Of a stretch of 57,784 bases of DNA, positions 37,028 through 46,038 are shown one piece after another. A program made the position numbers and the translations under genes. The stretch's first letter is position 1. Each line of letters starts with the position of its first letter. Source of the stretch: a virus (taxonomy: Duplodnaviria > Caudoviricetes); IMG/VR virus record IMGVR_UViG_3300044742_000189, positions 1 through 57,784 of that record; one strand, written 5' to 3'. A model generated the notes under the pieces. That model was given only the letters and a program-made list of their open reading frames with translations. It did not search any database and had not been told where the DNA came from.

Positions 37028-37738
37028 TTACCCCGCCGCGCCGAAGCTGCCGTTGCCAGCAGGAAAGTACTTGCCGAGGTTGTTATTGCCGTAGTTTATG
37101 CCGCCCGCGCCGCCTGCTCCGGGTATAAACTTGGCAACGGTGCCCGCAACAGCAAGAGAGTTCTTTAGACCCGTGCTGTCGTTTTCGGCCATATCGCCGT
37201 AGCCCTTCATCAACCTGTCGGCGTTTTGCCCGTAGGCACCTGACAGCAATCCCGCCGATTGCATGTATCCAGAGCCGCTGTCTCGGGTGGCACCGTAGCC
37301 CAAGTCCACCATGCCTTTTTGGCGGTTCAGCCAATCTTGCTGGGCGCCGTAATAATTTTGGTAGTTGACACGGGAATCAGCAAGCGCGCCGATGCCGCTT
37401 CGGCCGCCGTCTGCGCCGCCATAATTGCCACCCGCGTTAGACAATCGCCGCTGCCGATCAATGTCTATTTGGCGCGCTTGGTTCAGCGGACCCTCGGGGT
37501 CGAAATACCGCTGATCGAAGCCGCCTGGTCCGCCAGTGCCGTTGGCAAGCGCGTTCCTGTATGTCGCATAGTCTTGCTGGCCACCCTGAACGTAGGGCTG
37601 AAACCCTGCCTGGTATTTGCCGCTGGCGTCATTGATGGCGCCGGTCTGCTTGGCGAGGTCGGCATTGGCCGCATCAATGCCCTGCTGAATATGCTGCTTC
37701 TGTGCCTTGCCAGTGAAGCCGTCAAACCAGCCGCTCAT
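37028..37738 (-). CDS. DNA ejection/pilot protein (gp7-like)
   Basis: MSGWFDGFTG..., FQPYVQGG; Gly/Gln-rich; first gene of the ejection trio. Confidence 0.7.
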   Translation of the reverse strand: MSGWFDGFTGKAQKQHIQQGIDAANADLAKQTGAINDASGKYQAGFQPYVQGGQQDYATYRNALANGTGGPGGFDQRYFDPEGPLNQARQIDIDRQRRLSNAGGNYGGADGGRSGIGALADSRVNYQNYYGAQQDWLNRQKGMVDLGYGATRDSGSGYMQSAGLLSGAYGQNADRLMKGYGDMAENDSTGLKNSLAVAGTVAKFIPGAGGAGGINYGNNNLGKYFPAGNGSFGAAG

Positions 37739-38100
37739 ATCCTCACCCGCGCCGTTAGAGTGCCGGAACCAAGATCTATGGCCCCGCCTGTTTCGTTTTG
37801 GAAGCGTACCGAGACCGTATCGTCTGCGCTCACCCAAGCCGTAAGGGTCACACCTTGCAGATCGAGGGAAAAGGACACCTCGGCAAAATTGCCGAGCGCC
37901 GCGCCAGTAACGGTCACAGTCGTCGTTTCCCCGGCCCCGTCTACAAGATTGCCGGGGTCATAGGTGGCTGTGCCGGTTAGCCCTTGCAGCGCGTTCACCG
38001 CGGCAAACAAAAAGAACAAACGCTGATACCACGTCTCATCCGGGCGGCCGTCGTCCTTGGTAAGCCGAGCCGTGGGCGACGGAAGAAGCTGATCGGCCAT
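37735..38100 (-). CDS. Small virion protein (tail-needle position)
   Basis: GRPDETWYQRL N-terminus, beta-rich C-terminus; directly after gp10. Confidence 0.55.
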   Translation of the reverse strand: MADQLLPSPTARLTKDDGRPDETWYQRLFFLFAAVNALQGLTGTATYDPGNLVDGAGETTTVTVTGAALGNFAEVSFSLDLQGVTLTAWVSADDTVSVRFQNETGGAIDLGSGTLTARVRI

Positions 38101-38104
38101 CGGA

Positions 38105-39559
38105 TCAGGCCAGCTTTCGCGCCGTCACCGCCGCACTCATGAACCCCTTGATCACCCTAGCCGAGCAAGACAGCCGGAACGATACGCCCTGCACGTCGAA
38201 CATGCCAAAGTGTGACTCGCGCAAGACGATGCCGCGCTGAGCGTCGGCGCCGATGTCGATCTGCCGCAAACCGCCAAACGACGCCCCGCCATCGTCAGAA
38301 TAGTCCACCATCAGCTGCGGATTGGCGTCCTCATCCAGGCTCGAGTTCACGCCAACCCCCGTCAGCGCGTCGATATAGAGATCGTCGATGACGAACGAAT
38401 GAGGGAACATGTGCACGGGCGGGGTGATGATCGTTGCCACGATGGGATCGCCCACCTCATCGAATGTTTCGGCATTAGACTGATAGAGCAGGTTGTCGGC
38501 GTAGTCCCCGAACAGATGCACCTGCCCGATCTGGGCGTGGCACTGAGCCCGCCAGCGATCGAGACCGTAGCTCTTGCGTTGGTGCCATTGGCCGGTGCCG
38601 GAATCCCAGCACATGGAGAACGCCGTTCCAGAGATGCAATAGAAGCTATGCTCGCCCTCGGTCCAAGCCATGGCCCTCAGATTGGCGGGATCACTTTCCG
38701 CCCTCACCAGGCGATCCACTTGCGGGGTTGAGATCCGTGTCCCCGAGTACCCATCCAGCACCCGAATACCATTGTATGTACCCTCGCTGTCCGTAGCCGC
38801 CCAAATCACGCTGTCCACGGCCGATCCGGATTGGGGCTGTAGGATTATCTGCTGGACCGATCCCGCCGCGTAGCAGCCAATTCTGGCCGTCTGGACGCGG
38901 GAGAACGGGAAATCGGCCGAGGCGGCGTTGTCCACGTAGAACTCGAGGGATTTGGACCCCATGATGATGAGCTCGCGCCCGCGAACCGCAGCCATCACAT
39001 TCTGATCGGGCGAGGATTGCGCCTCGGTGAAATCCAGGCCGTCGATTGTCGTGTCGTCGATAGCGCTGATGAACCAGCGCCCATCGGCAATGAGAAAGAC
39101 GAAATAACCGTCGATCTCCGTGACAGCGGTCGGCGGGGGAAGATCGGTATCGGTGCCCTCCGTCAATGTCCCGCCGTTGAATATGAACCACTGCCCATCG
39201 CTGACGATGGCCACGTCAGGCGTCGGCGTGCGTCGGTTGCGCGCCATGGTAACGAAGCCATCGGAGGGAATGCCGCCCACCAGCGTCATGGGCGAACCGC
39301 CCGCATTGGTGGAGTACAGATGCCGCCCTGAGACGGTCAACACTTGGCTATCGACGGTGAGCATGGCGCGAATGGCGCCGCCGCTCGTCAGTTCATCCCC
39401 GAAGCTATCCTGCCCGTTGATGGCATAGATCGGCCATTCGACCTTGCCGCCCTCGCCCAAGTGCTCGACGTAGCAATTGACGAAAGAGGCAACACCCTCT
39501 TGTCCGTGCCGGCCCTCATTGGAGCCGCGACCGAGGGATATGGGAATGGGCTCAGCCAT
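38105..39559 (-). CDS. Packaged-DNA stabilization / tail hub protein (P22 gp10-like)
   Basis: IDGYFVF, AQSSPD, GCYAAGS, RIST..VD, YSDDGG motifs. Confidence 0.85.
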   Translation of the reverse strand: MAEPIPISLGRGSNEGRHGQEGVASFVNCYVEHLGEGGKVEWPIYAINGQDSFGDELTSGGAIRAMLTVDSQVLTVSGRHLYSTNAGGSPMTLVGGIPSDGFVTMARNRRTPTPDVAIVSDGQWFIFNGGTLTEGTDTDLPPPTAVTEIDGYFVFLIADGRWFISAIDDTTIDGLDFTEAQSSPDQNVMAAVRGRELIIMGSKSLEFYVDNAASADFPFSRVQTARIGCYAAGSVQQIILQPQSGSAVDSVIWAATDSEGTYNGIRVLDGYSGTRISTPQVDRLVRAESDPANLRAMAWTEGEHSFYCISGTAFSMCWDSGTGQWHQRKSYGLDRWRAQCHAQIGQVHLFGDYADNLLYQSNAETFDEVGDPIVATIITPPVHMFPHSFVIDDLYIDALTGVGVNSSLDEDANPQLMVDYSDDGGASFGGLRQIDIGADAQRGIVLRESHFGMFDVQGVSFRLSCSARVIKGFMSAAVTARKLA

Positions 39560-39924
39560 CAGAAATACGTCGCCTTAACCGGGAGGCCGGTTGCCTCCGT
39601 CGCCAAGATGCGATTGAGCATGAACCGGCCCTTGGTGCCGATGGAAACGGGCTGGCCGGTTTCGTCGGGCTCCATGGGAGTCTGCATGCCCAAGCCAGGG
39701 CACATCTCCTCGGCAATGATGCGGGATAGCGCGCCGAACACGAGATCAGGGATCTCGTCTGCCGGCCAATACGTCCGATCGAACCGGCTCATCTCGGCGT
39801 ATTTTTGATCGTATAGGGATTGCACCCTTGCGCGCTGCGCCGCGGTCGGCGACTTGTTGATATCGATCACGCCAAGGCGCACGCCCAGCACATCGACCGC
39901 AAGCTCTGCGACGTTCTTTGTCAT
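39559..39924 (-). CDS. Head-tail adaptor (gp4-like position)
   Basis: Helical 121 aa ending ...KATYF, directly upstream of gp10. Confidence 0.65.
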   Translation of the reverse strand: MTKNVAELAVDVLGVRLGVIDINKSPTAAQRARVQSLYDQKYAEMSRFDRTYWPADEIPDLVFGALSRIIAEEMCPGLGMQTPMEPDETGQPVSIGTKGRFMLNRILATEATGLPVKATYF

Positions 39925-40259
39925 GGTGCGTAATCCATCGACCAAATCGGGTCTTCGAACCTAGACCACTGCACCAGGAATTCGCCCTCATCGACGATCT
40001 CGATCACATCATCTGTTTCAGCCTCCCAGCGGCGATACCAGCGCCCACCACGATCGGGCCTGATGGTGCCGACGTAGTTGCCGGAATCCGCGCGCGTCAC
40101 TTCGTCATCTGTGCCGTAGACATAGGAGGTTTCCACGCCGCACGGGTCTATGATGCGCAGCGTCACAACCTCCGGGTCGTAGTCATTGCCGCTCGCGTCT
40201 GCGAAATTGACCGCAAGCGATATCGGGCTATTAACGTAGTGCTTTCCGGGGGAGAGCAT
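39921..40259 (-). CDS. Small Ig-fold-like virion protein
   Basis: DP..VTLRIIDP.G...DSGNY...GRWYRRW pattern. Confidence 0.55.
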   Translation of the reverse strand: MLSPGKHYVNSPISLAVNFADASGNDYDPEVVTLRIIDPCGVETSYVYGTDDEVTRADSGNYVGTIRPDRGGRWYRRWEAETDDVIEIVDEGEFLVQWSRFEDPIWSMDYAP

Positions 40260-40468
40260 TGTTCACCGTGCAGAAGCTGTTACGCCGCCAGAAGACGCGT
40301 TGCCTCGTATGCTCGCCGCCTGCAGACACGGGCCGGCCAATGATGCCCCGATCGGAAGAGAGCCGATTGGCGCTCCGGTTCCTGATACCGCCACAGGCAC
40401 AGGCAAAGGCCGCGCGGTATCGGTGGACTTAGCGGCAATGGTGGTGGTCATGTCAGCGTTCCCGGCAT

Positions 40469-42622
40469 TTACGCGGCGCGACCCACTTCCACCCATAAGG
40501 TTGAAAGGCGGCGCAATCTAACGGTGCTGTTGGAGCCCATTGCGAAATTAACATCCCCCGCCAGGCGGATTGATCCGCCTGTAACGAGCGTTGTGTTGGC
40601 GTTGGTGGCATAGATCGTTATTTCCTGTCCATCCACGCCGTTGGTGAAATTTGTAATCGATGTGGGCGCGCTATTGGTGGCGGTAAACACACTGCGGCCC
40701 CCGAGCACAGACGGCGTGGTCGAATTGTTTGTCAGCAGGTAGCTCTGGACGCTCTCCTGCGTCGTATAAACATTGTCATTTATGGCGGCGTCGAGTACGT
40801 CAACCCTGAGGTCCGCGGTGGTATTTCCCGAGCAATTGTTACCGTTAACGGCTAGGCGCGTAAACGCACCGTTATTTACGCATAGGACGCCGTATCGCGA
40901 ATTGTTGCGGCATTGATTGCTGGCGACCGTCAACCCGTTGACCTCGTCTGACGCACCCACCGCTATGCCAGAGATGCCGTCTTGGGTGTTATTGTAGCAA
41001 CTGTTGCCCACAACGATCACACCGTTTATGTGGCGTGTGCCGACCCCTGCGTTGACCAAAATGCCAGCAACCTGCGTCCGCGCGCCAGCCGCTCGCGTAT
41101 CGAAGCAGCTGTTCGCTGAAATCGTCGTGTTTGATGTCTCATCGATTACGATGCCGTACAGATTATCGCTGCAGCTGTTGCCGACGCATGTGGAATTGTC
41201 AATGGTCAGCAACGCTATCCCGCCCTCTGGGTGAACGCTGCAGACGTTGCCCGTGATCGTGATGCCCGATGGTACGTCGTCCTCGGTCAGATACACAACG
41301 TCACACTGTATCCCGCTGAAGCCATTGTTGCGGCACACGTTGCCCGTGATCGCGAGATTGGTGGTTGTGAAGCCCAGCGCCCCGTTGAATATGATCCCGG
41401 AGCCGACAGCGCCTTGGCAATTGTTGCCGTACACCACCCCGCCCGTGCAGGTCATGCTGATAGCGGACCCGCCCGTATCACTAACGACGTTTCCGAACAC
41501 GACCGGCTCGATCTCCAGCTCGTCGGTGGCGTAATAGCCGATCTTCAGTCCGCCGGCACCGTTGGCAATGATACCGTCGGATACGCTATTGAAGAGATAC
41601 CTGCAGCCCTCATTGCCAAGTGCGCCGATCTGCGAAAAATAGCCGCCGCCCGTGACGGTGTTATAGGAAATTTCGCAGTTGGCACTATTCGACATTGCGA
41701 TCTGCGCGCCGTCGAACGCTTGCCCGTCAAGAACTGTGCGTGTCCACACGCAATTGGCGCAGTCGTCGATATAAACCCACACCAACCCGAGATTGCCGCG
41801 CGTGTTGTCCGCTGCCGCGGTGAATTTGATCACCGCAAGCTGCCCGTCGATAACAAGATCGCTGCGGCTGACGACGGTTAGTCCGTTCTCATCAACCAGG
41901 TAGGTACCGGGCGGGAAGACAATTTTTGCGCCATCTGGTGCGCCGTCGATTGCAGCCTGAATGCTGGCGGTGTCGTTTGTTACGCCGTCGCCCGTGGCGC
42001 CGTGGGCCGATACATCGATAACGCTAGGGCCAATGTAGAGCTTAAACACGTATACGCCGCTTTCCTTGCGGTAGCGCGTTCGCAGACTGTTGCGGCTCTC
42101 ATCAACGAACACCTCGACGACGGCAAGATTCGACAGCCCCGCGAGCGCAGCGTTCGCGGCTGACTTGGTGTCGTAGAAATTGATAGCGCCGGATGCCTCG
42201 GCCGCGGCTTCGGCCGCTGCGGCTGAGCCAGCGGCACCTGAGGCGGAGGTGGCCGCCGCCGCAACGCTGGCAGCGAGCATAGTGGGATCTTCCGCAATCG
42301 CAACCAGATCTTCAATTATGATCGCCGGCAGGCCGCCAACGACATCCTTGATCCCAGACGAGAAGTTAACGGCATTGCCTTCGTTGCTTGACGACAGAAT
42401 TTCTGTGCGGGTCAGGGTGTCGCCGCCAGCGCCATATGTGTACTCGGCTATCTCCCATTGCGGCAGCAGACGATGCGAAACGGTGAGATAGATTGTGTCG
42501 TCGTCCTCAAGAACATCCCGCGCGTTCTGGTAGCCGTTGAACGACGGGGAATTAAGCGTTAGTGCTCCCGTCCCCGTGGTTGAGGTGGAGTCGAGCACGC
42601 GGTCTGCAAAGACGTGGGCCAT
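40469..42622 (-). CDS. Tailspike with right-handed beta-helix (pectate-lyase-3-like depolymerase)
   Basis: V.AHGATGDGVTNDTASIQAAID...FPPGTY, then many GN.C..N...GI parallel beta-helix repeats. Confidence 0.88.
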   Translation of the reverse strand: MAHVFADRVLDSTSTTGTGALTLNSPSFNGYQNARDVLEDDDTIYLTVSHRLLPQWEIAEYTYGAGGDTLTRTEILSSSNEGNAVNFSSGIKDVVGGLPAIIIEDLVAIAEDPTMLAASVAAAATSASGAAGSAAAAEAAAEASGAINFYDTKSAANAALAGLSNLAVVEVFVDESRNSLRTRYRKESGVYVFKLYIGPSVIDVSAHGATGDGVTNDTASIQAAIDGAPDGAKIVFPPGTYLVDENGLTVVSRSDLVIDGQLAVIKFTAAADNTRGNLGLVWVYIDDCANCVWTRTVLDGQAFDGAQIAMSNSANCEISYNTVTGGGYFSQIGALGNEGCRYLFNSVSDGIIANGAGGLKIGYYATDELEIEPVVFGNVVSDTGGSAISMTCTGGVVYGNNCQGAVGSGIIFNGALGFTTTNLAITGNVCRNNGFSGIQCDVVYLTEDDVPSGITITGNVCSVHPEGGIALLTIDNSTCVGNSCSDNLYGIVIDETSNTTISANSCFDTRAAGARTQVAGILVNAGVGTRHINGVIVVGNSCYNNTQDGISGIAVGASDEVNGLTVASNQCRNNSRYGVLCVNNGAFTRLAVNGNNCSGNTTADLRVDVLDAAINDNVYTTQESVQSYLLTNNSTTPSVLGGRSVFTATNSAPTSITNFTNGVDGQEITIYATNANTTLVTGGSIRLAGDVNFAMGSNSTVRLRRLSTLWVEVGRAA

Positions 42623-42862
42623 TTAGGTATTCGCCACCTGCTCCACGTGCCCGTTGGCATGGATAGCTGGCTTGGGTGCATGGGCAGGCGCGACGGAGGG
42701 CTCCCCAACCCTGGCCTCTAGTTCGCTTATCCTGCGCTGCGCCGCCAGGAGCTGTGCTCGCAAACTAACCCCGTCATTCAAAGCGCCGTTGCGTTGCAAT
42801 TCCATGCCGTCAAGCTGATCCTGGATAGCCTGCTGCATCGCTTGCTTTTCCGGTTCGGTCAT
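42623..42862 (-). CDS. Small coiled-coil protein
   Basis: AAGGAG SD; 79 aa. Confidence 0.65.
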   Translation of the reverse strand: MTEPEKQAMQQAIQDQLDGMELQRNGALNDGVSLRAQLLAAQRRISELEARVGEPSVAPAHAPKPAIHANGHVEQVANT

Positions 42863-42991
42863 AAACCATTCTCCTTGTTGTTTGACCCCATCTACTAAGC
42901 GAGGCTACTCGGAAGTTGTTGTTGGAAGGCCATGACCATTGGCGTGCCCATTTCTGTGGAAACTGCTTAACTGGCTTTCCGGTTTTAGGTG

Positions 42992-43020
42992 TTGACAAGG
43001 CATCTCTCCTCCACTATGTT
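42992..43020 (+). promoter_or_regulatory. IS promoter TTGACA-17-TATGTT
   Basis: Consensus -35 box and 17-nt spacer at the inner IS left end. Confidence 0.75.
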
Positions 43021-43055
43021 GACTCCGGAAGTTGATGTGGAACGGGGAGACGGAT

Positions 43056-43379
43056 ATGCGAGAAGAAAAGCGCACGATGGCTGTCGAGGCCACGATCTAT
43101 ATTTGCGATGATGGGACAGAGTTTGCTCCCACGATAGAGGGCATGGAGCCCGGTAATCTCAAGTGGCGCCAAGACGATGCGAAGTCGAGGGCCGCGCGCC
43201 ACCAGAGCCAAGTTGAGAGGCGAGCAAAACTTACACCGATGCTGGAGAGGCTGTTTGGCGCCAGGGCTGACGAGGTCAAGGCGGCAATGGATGTGCCTGC
43301 GATGCAGTGCCTAGAAAGGCGCTGGCGCGTCCTAGAAACGCTCGACAACCAGTTGGAGAGTCGAAAGCAAGCATCTTGA
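43056..43379 (+). CDS. Passenger ORF of the inner ISL3
   Basis: GGGGAG SD; stop overlaps the probable TTG start of the transposase. Confidence 0.7.
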   Translation: MREEKRTMAVEATIYICDDGTEFAPTIEGMEPGNLKWRQDDAKSRAARHQSQVERRAKLTPMLERLFGARADEVKAAMDVPAMQCLERRWRVLETLDNQLESRKQAS

Positions 43380-44866
43380 ACCACGCCCTCATGCTCGTCG
43401 GCTGGGACGTTACCGAGGTCAAGATCGTCGGTAACGTCCAGGAGGCCACAGCGACCTACGGCCCGGCACTGGAGGAATGTCCCAAATGCGGCGTTGTTGG
43501 GCGCCTCTACCGTCATGGCACCAAGACCGTCGAATACCGGGACGCTCCCGCATTCGGCAAACAATTCGTTATTCGCTGCAAAGTCCAGCGCTTCCGCTGC
43601 CGCGATTGCAATGAGACATCCATGCAACCTCTGCCGGACATGGATACCAACCGGCAGATGACTAAGCGCTGTGTGGCCTATGTCGAGCAGCAGGGCATTC
43701 CGCGCACATTTGCCGAAGTGGCGCGCGACATAGGTGTGGACGAGGCGACAGTCAGAAGCATTTGCACGGCCTACTTCAAATCGAAGATGAAAGGCCACAA
43801 TCACGTCACCGAGGCGCCGGTTGCCCTCGGGATTGACGAATTGATGCTTGATAGGCGCATGCGGGCCATATTCATGGACCTCGGGATTGGTCGCCCCATC
43901 GATATCATCGGCAGCCATAGCAAATGGGAGGTCGCCCGCTGGCTTTCGCAGATGAAGCATCGCGACCGCGTTAAGATCGTCACCATCGACATGACGGGCC
44001 ATTACAAGGATGTGGTTCGAGGCAACCTGCCGAACGCGGTCGTCGTTATCGATAAGTTCCACGTTTTGCGGTACGCCGACGATGCTCTGAAGAAGGTTCG
44101 CGCCAAAGCCCGCAGGAAGGCCGAGGGAGGCACCGGCAAGAATCCGAGACGGAACGTCACCATCCTGCGAAAACGCGCCCACAGGCTCTCCCCGGCGCAG
44201 GAACTGGCCCTTGATGGGATTATCAAGAACGATCCAGTTGTCGGCGCTGCGTATCTCGCCAAGGAGGCGTTTCACAACATCTGGCAAATGACCAACCGCA
44301 TCCAAGCTGAAAAGCTGTTCGCTGATTGGGCTGCCAGCCTCGCGCCCGAAATCAGACGCGAGTTCGGGGTAGTGGCCAGAATGGTGGAGCGCTGGCACGA
44401 GGAGATATTCGCCTATTTCGACTATCGGGCCACGAATGCCGTAACCGAGAACAGAAACGGCTTGATCAAGCACGTCAATCGGTCTGGGCGCGGGTACTCG
44501 TTTGAAATCATCCGCGCCAAGGCTCTTCTCGCTGAGTCGCTGTATTCTGGCCCGATGCGCAAATGCGAGTACTGCAAAGGCGACTATCCAGCGAAGGCTT
44601 TCAGGCGGCTGCCCATCTTTGACAAGGTCTCTATCGATCCGAAAAGCCGAGCGCCCGTGGCGCGCATAATGCGGATCGCCGCCAAGAAACTGCCGGAGAG
44701 TTGCCTGAACTGCCATTATTCGATGTTCACGGTTAGCAAAGGACCGCCGCCCGAGCCCGGTCCAGATAGCGTGGAGATATCGTTTGCCGAAGCCATCTCG
44801 ACTCCATTGCACGCGCTTGTCGCCAAATACGGGACGGACAAATTCCACGGCGGAGGTCCGATGTGA
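43307..44866 (+). CDS. ISL3-family DDE transposase (true start possibly TTG 43376)
   Basis: zf-ISL3 CPKCG...RFRCRDC, HTH, LGIDE, VTIDM, IDKFH, TNAVTENRN; extra C-terminal CEYC...CLNC. Confidence 0.95.
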   Translation: MPRKALARPRNARQPVGESKASILNHALMLVGWDVTEVKIVGNVQEATATYGPALEECPKCGVVGRLYRHGTKTVEYRDAPAFGKQFVIRCKVQRFRCRDCNETSMQPLPDMDTNRQMTKRCVAYVEQQGIPRTFAEVARDIGVDEATVRSICTAYFKSKMKGHNHVTEAPVALGIDELMLDRRMRAIFMDLGIGRPIDIIGSHSKWEVARWLSQMKHRDRVKIVTIDMTGHYKDVVRGNLPNAVVVIDKFHVLRYADDALKKVRAKARRKAEGGTGKNPRRNVTILRKRAHRLSPAQELALDGIIKNDPVVGAAYLAKEAFHNIWQMTNRIQAEKLFADWAASLAPEIRREFGVVARMVERWHEEIFAYFDYRATNAVTENRNGLIKHVNRSGRGYSFEIIRAKALLAESLYSGPMRKCEYCKGDYPAKAFRRLPIFDKVSIDPKSRAPVARIMRIAAKKLPESCLNCHYSMFTVSKGPPPEPGPDSVEISFAEAISTPLHALVAKYGTDKFHGGGPM

Positions 44867-44911
44867 CGAGTGTTCATTTGTTATCAGTTACACCCTCAAT
44901 ACCGGAAAGCC

Positions 44912-45310
44912 GCTTAACTCGCGACACGCTGGACACTTGTTGCTAACGCCAATGCTCTCCCTGCCCGGCACCGGGTAAGAGACTGTTTCGACCGCATCGG
45001 CCTCGAATTGGCCGAGGCACATCTCGCACATCGTGAAGTCTCCCCCGAGATTGCGCATCCGCATGGCCTTGGCGCGGAGGATTGGAAACGTGTACCCGTT
45101 GCCGGCGCCATTGAGTGCCCGGATCAGTTTGTTGCGGTACTCGGTGTAGGCGTTGGTGAAGGGATAGTCGAAGAAATGGAATATCTCCTTGCGCCATTCC
45201 TGGACGGTTGCTGCGGCATCCTCAAACTCCGGGATCGAGGATGCATGCTTGATGCGCCAGTCGTCGAACATACGCTCAGCCTTTCTTTGCGGCGGCTTGT
45301 CGTAAAGCAT
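44912..45310 (-). pseudogene. C-terminal ISL3 transposase fragment of the outer element, interrupted by the inner IS (continues at 42964..42905)
   Basis: WRKEIFHFFDYPFTNAYTEYRNKLIR...GYTFPILRAK; after removing the inner IS the frame reads KCPACRELS-SFHRNGHANGHGLPTTTSE* with TAG inside the IR. Confidence 0.9.
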
Positions 45311-45427
45311 CCCGCATTGGGGCTAACTCTACATGGGCGCGCATCAGTGCGGCGCGTATAATGACGGTTGTTCTATCGTGGCGGCGACTTCGTTTTGGTG
45401 TCGCGGCCACGGTGGTTGGTGGTTTCT

Positions 45428-45955
45428 TCATTTCATGCGATCCAACACATTACGTGTGTCGTGGTCGGCGCTATCCAATTCAAGCAAGGGATTGCGATAG
45501 CCTTCGCCATACCTATTGCTCAGGATCGAGGCTAGATCATTAGCTGGCATCGGGTCGTTGACTTTTGGCTTCGGCGCCGTGCGCCCGCTGCCAATCGTCC
45601 AGGCCACGTACGCAGCATTAGCTAATGCGGTAACCAATCCAAGCCACCCAGGCCCTCCCATTCGGCCGCCGGCAAGTTTGCTTGCCAGCCCATCCAATGC
45701 GGATGCGGCGCCATATGCCGCTATCCCCCCGTGCAGTCCCACACCTTGGTAGCGATACGGTAGATCACCGACGAGCCCTTCCGGCAGATAGTAAGCATGG
45801 TCGCCGTTTGGGCGATAAAAGCCACCTTCGCTTCGCTTCGGGTCCGTTAGTGTAACACCTGGCATGCTGGGCGCGGGAGCTTGATAGCTGCTGCCGTTGC
45901 CGTAATGCTCCTTCAATAGCTGGACCAAGGCATTATGGTCACTGTATTCGGCCAT
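45428..45955 (-). CDS. Cargo gene of the outer ISL3 element; paralog of phage gene 32822..33316
   Basis: GGAG SD; shared PNxD..YLP..LVGD..Y..QG..LHGG.AA and NA.YV...G.GRT..PK motifs. Confidence 0.8.
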   Translation of the reverse strand: MAEYSDHNALVQLLKEHYGNGSSYQAPAPSMPGVTLTDPKRSEGGFYRPNGDHAYYLPEGLVGDLPYRYQGVGLHGGIAAYGAASALDGLASKLAGGRMGGPGWLGLVTALANAAYVAWTIGSGRTAPKPKVNDPMPANDLASILSNRYGEGYRNPLLELDSADHDTRNVLDRMK

Positions 45956-46038
45956 TTCCCCGCTCCGCCCCCAATATCAAGTTCCGAATTTGGCACTACT
46001 CTGGTTTGGCGCTATTCACAAGTGAAATCCGGAGAGCC

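Larger units (their letters stand above)
42973..44911 (+). mobile_element. Inner intact ISL3-family insertion sequence (1939 bp)
   Basis: IRs GGCTTTCCGGTTTTAGGTGT / GGCTTTCCGGTATTGAGGGTGT; perfect 8-bp TSD GCTTAACT at 42965..42972 and 44912..44919. Confidence 0.95.
42903..46038 (-). mobile_element. Outer non-autonomous ISL3-derived element (about 1.19 kb without the nested IS) with cargo gene
   Basis: Ends GGCTACTCGGAAGTTG (42903) and GGCTCTCCGGATTTC (minus strand from 46038); perfect 8-bp TSD CTAAGCGA at 42895..42902 and 46039..46046. Confidence 0.88.

Noticed and set aside
43097-44848. 583-aa minus-strand ORF
   Set aside because: Antisense shadow of the GC-rich ISL3 transposase with no recognisable motifs
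44888-44911. GFPVLRV as the true C-terminus of the transposase fragment
   Set aside because: It is read-through into the inner IS inverted repeat; the native end is at 42964..42905
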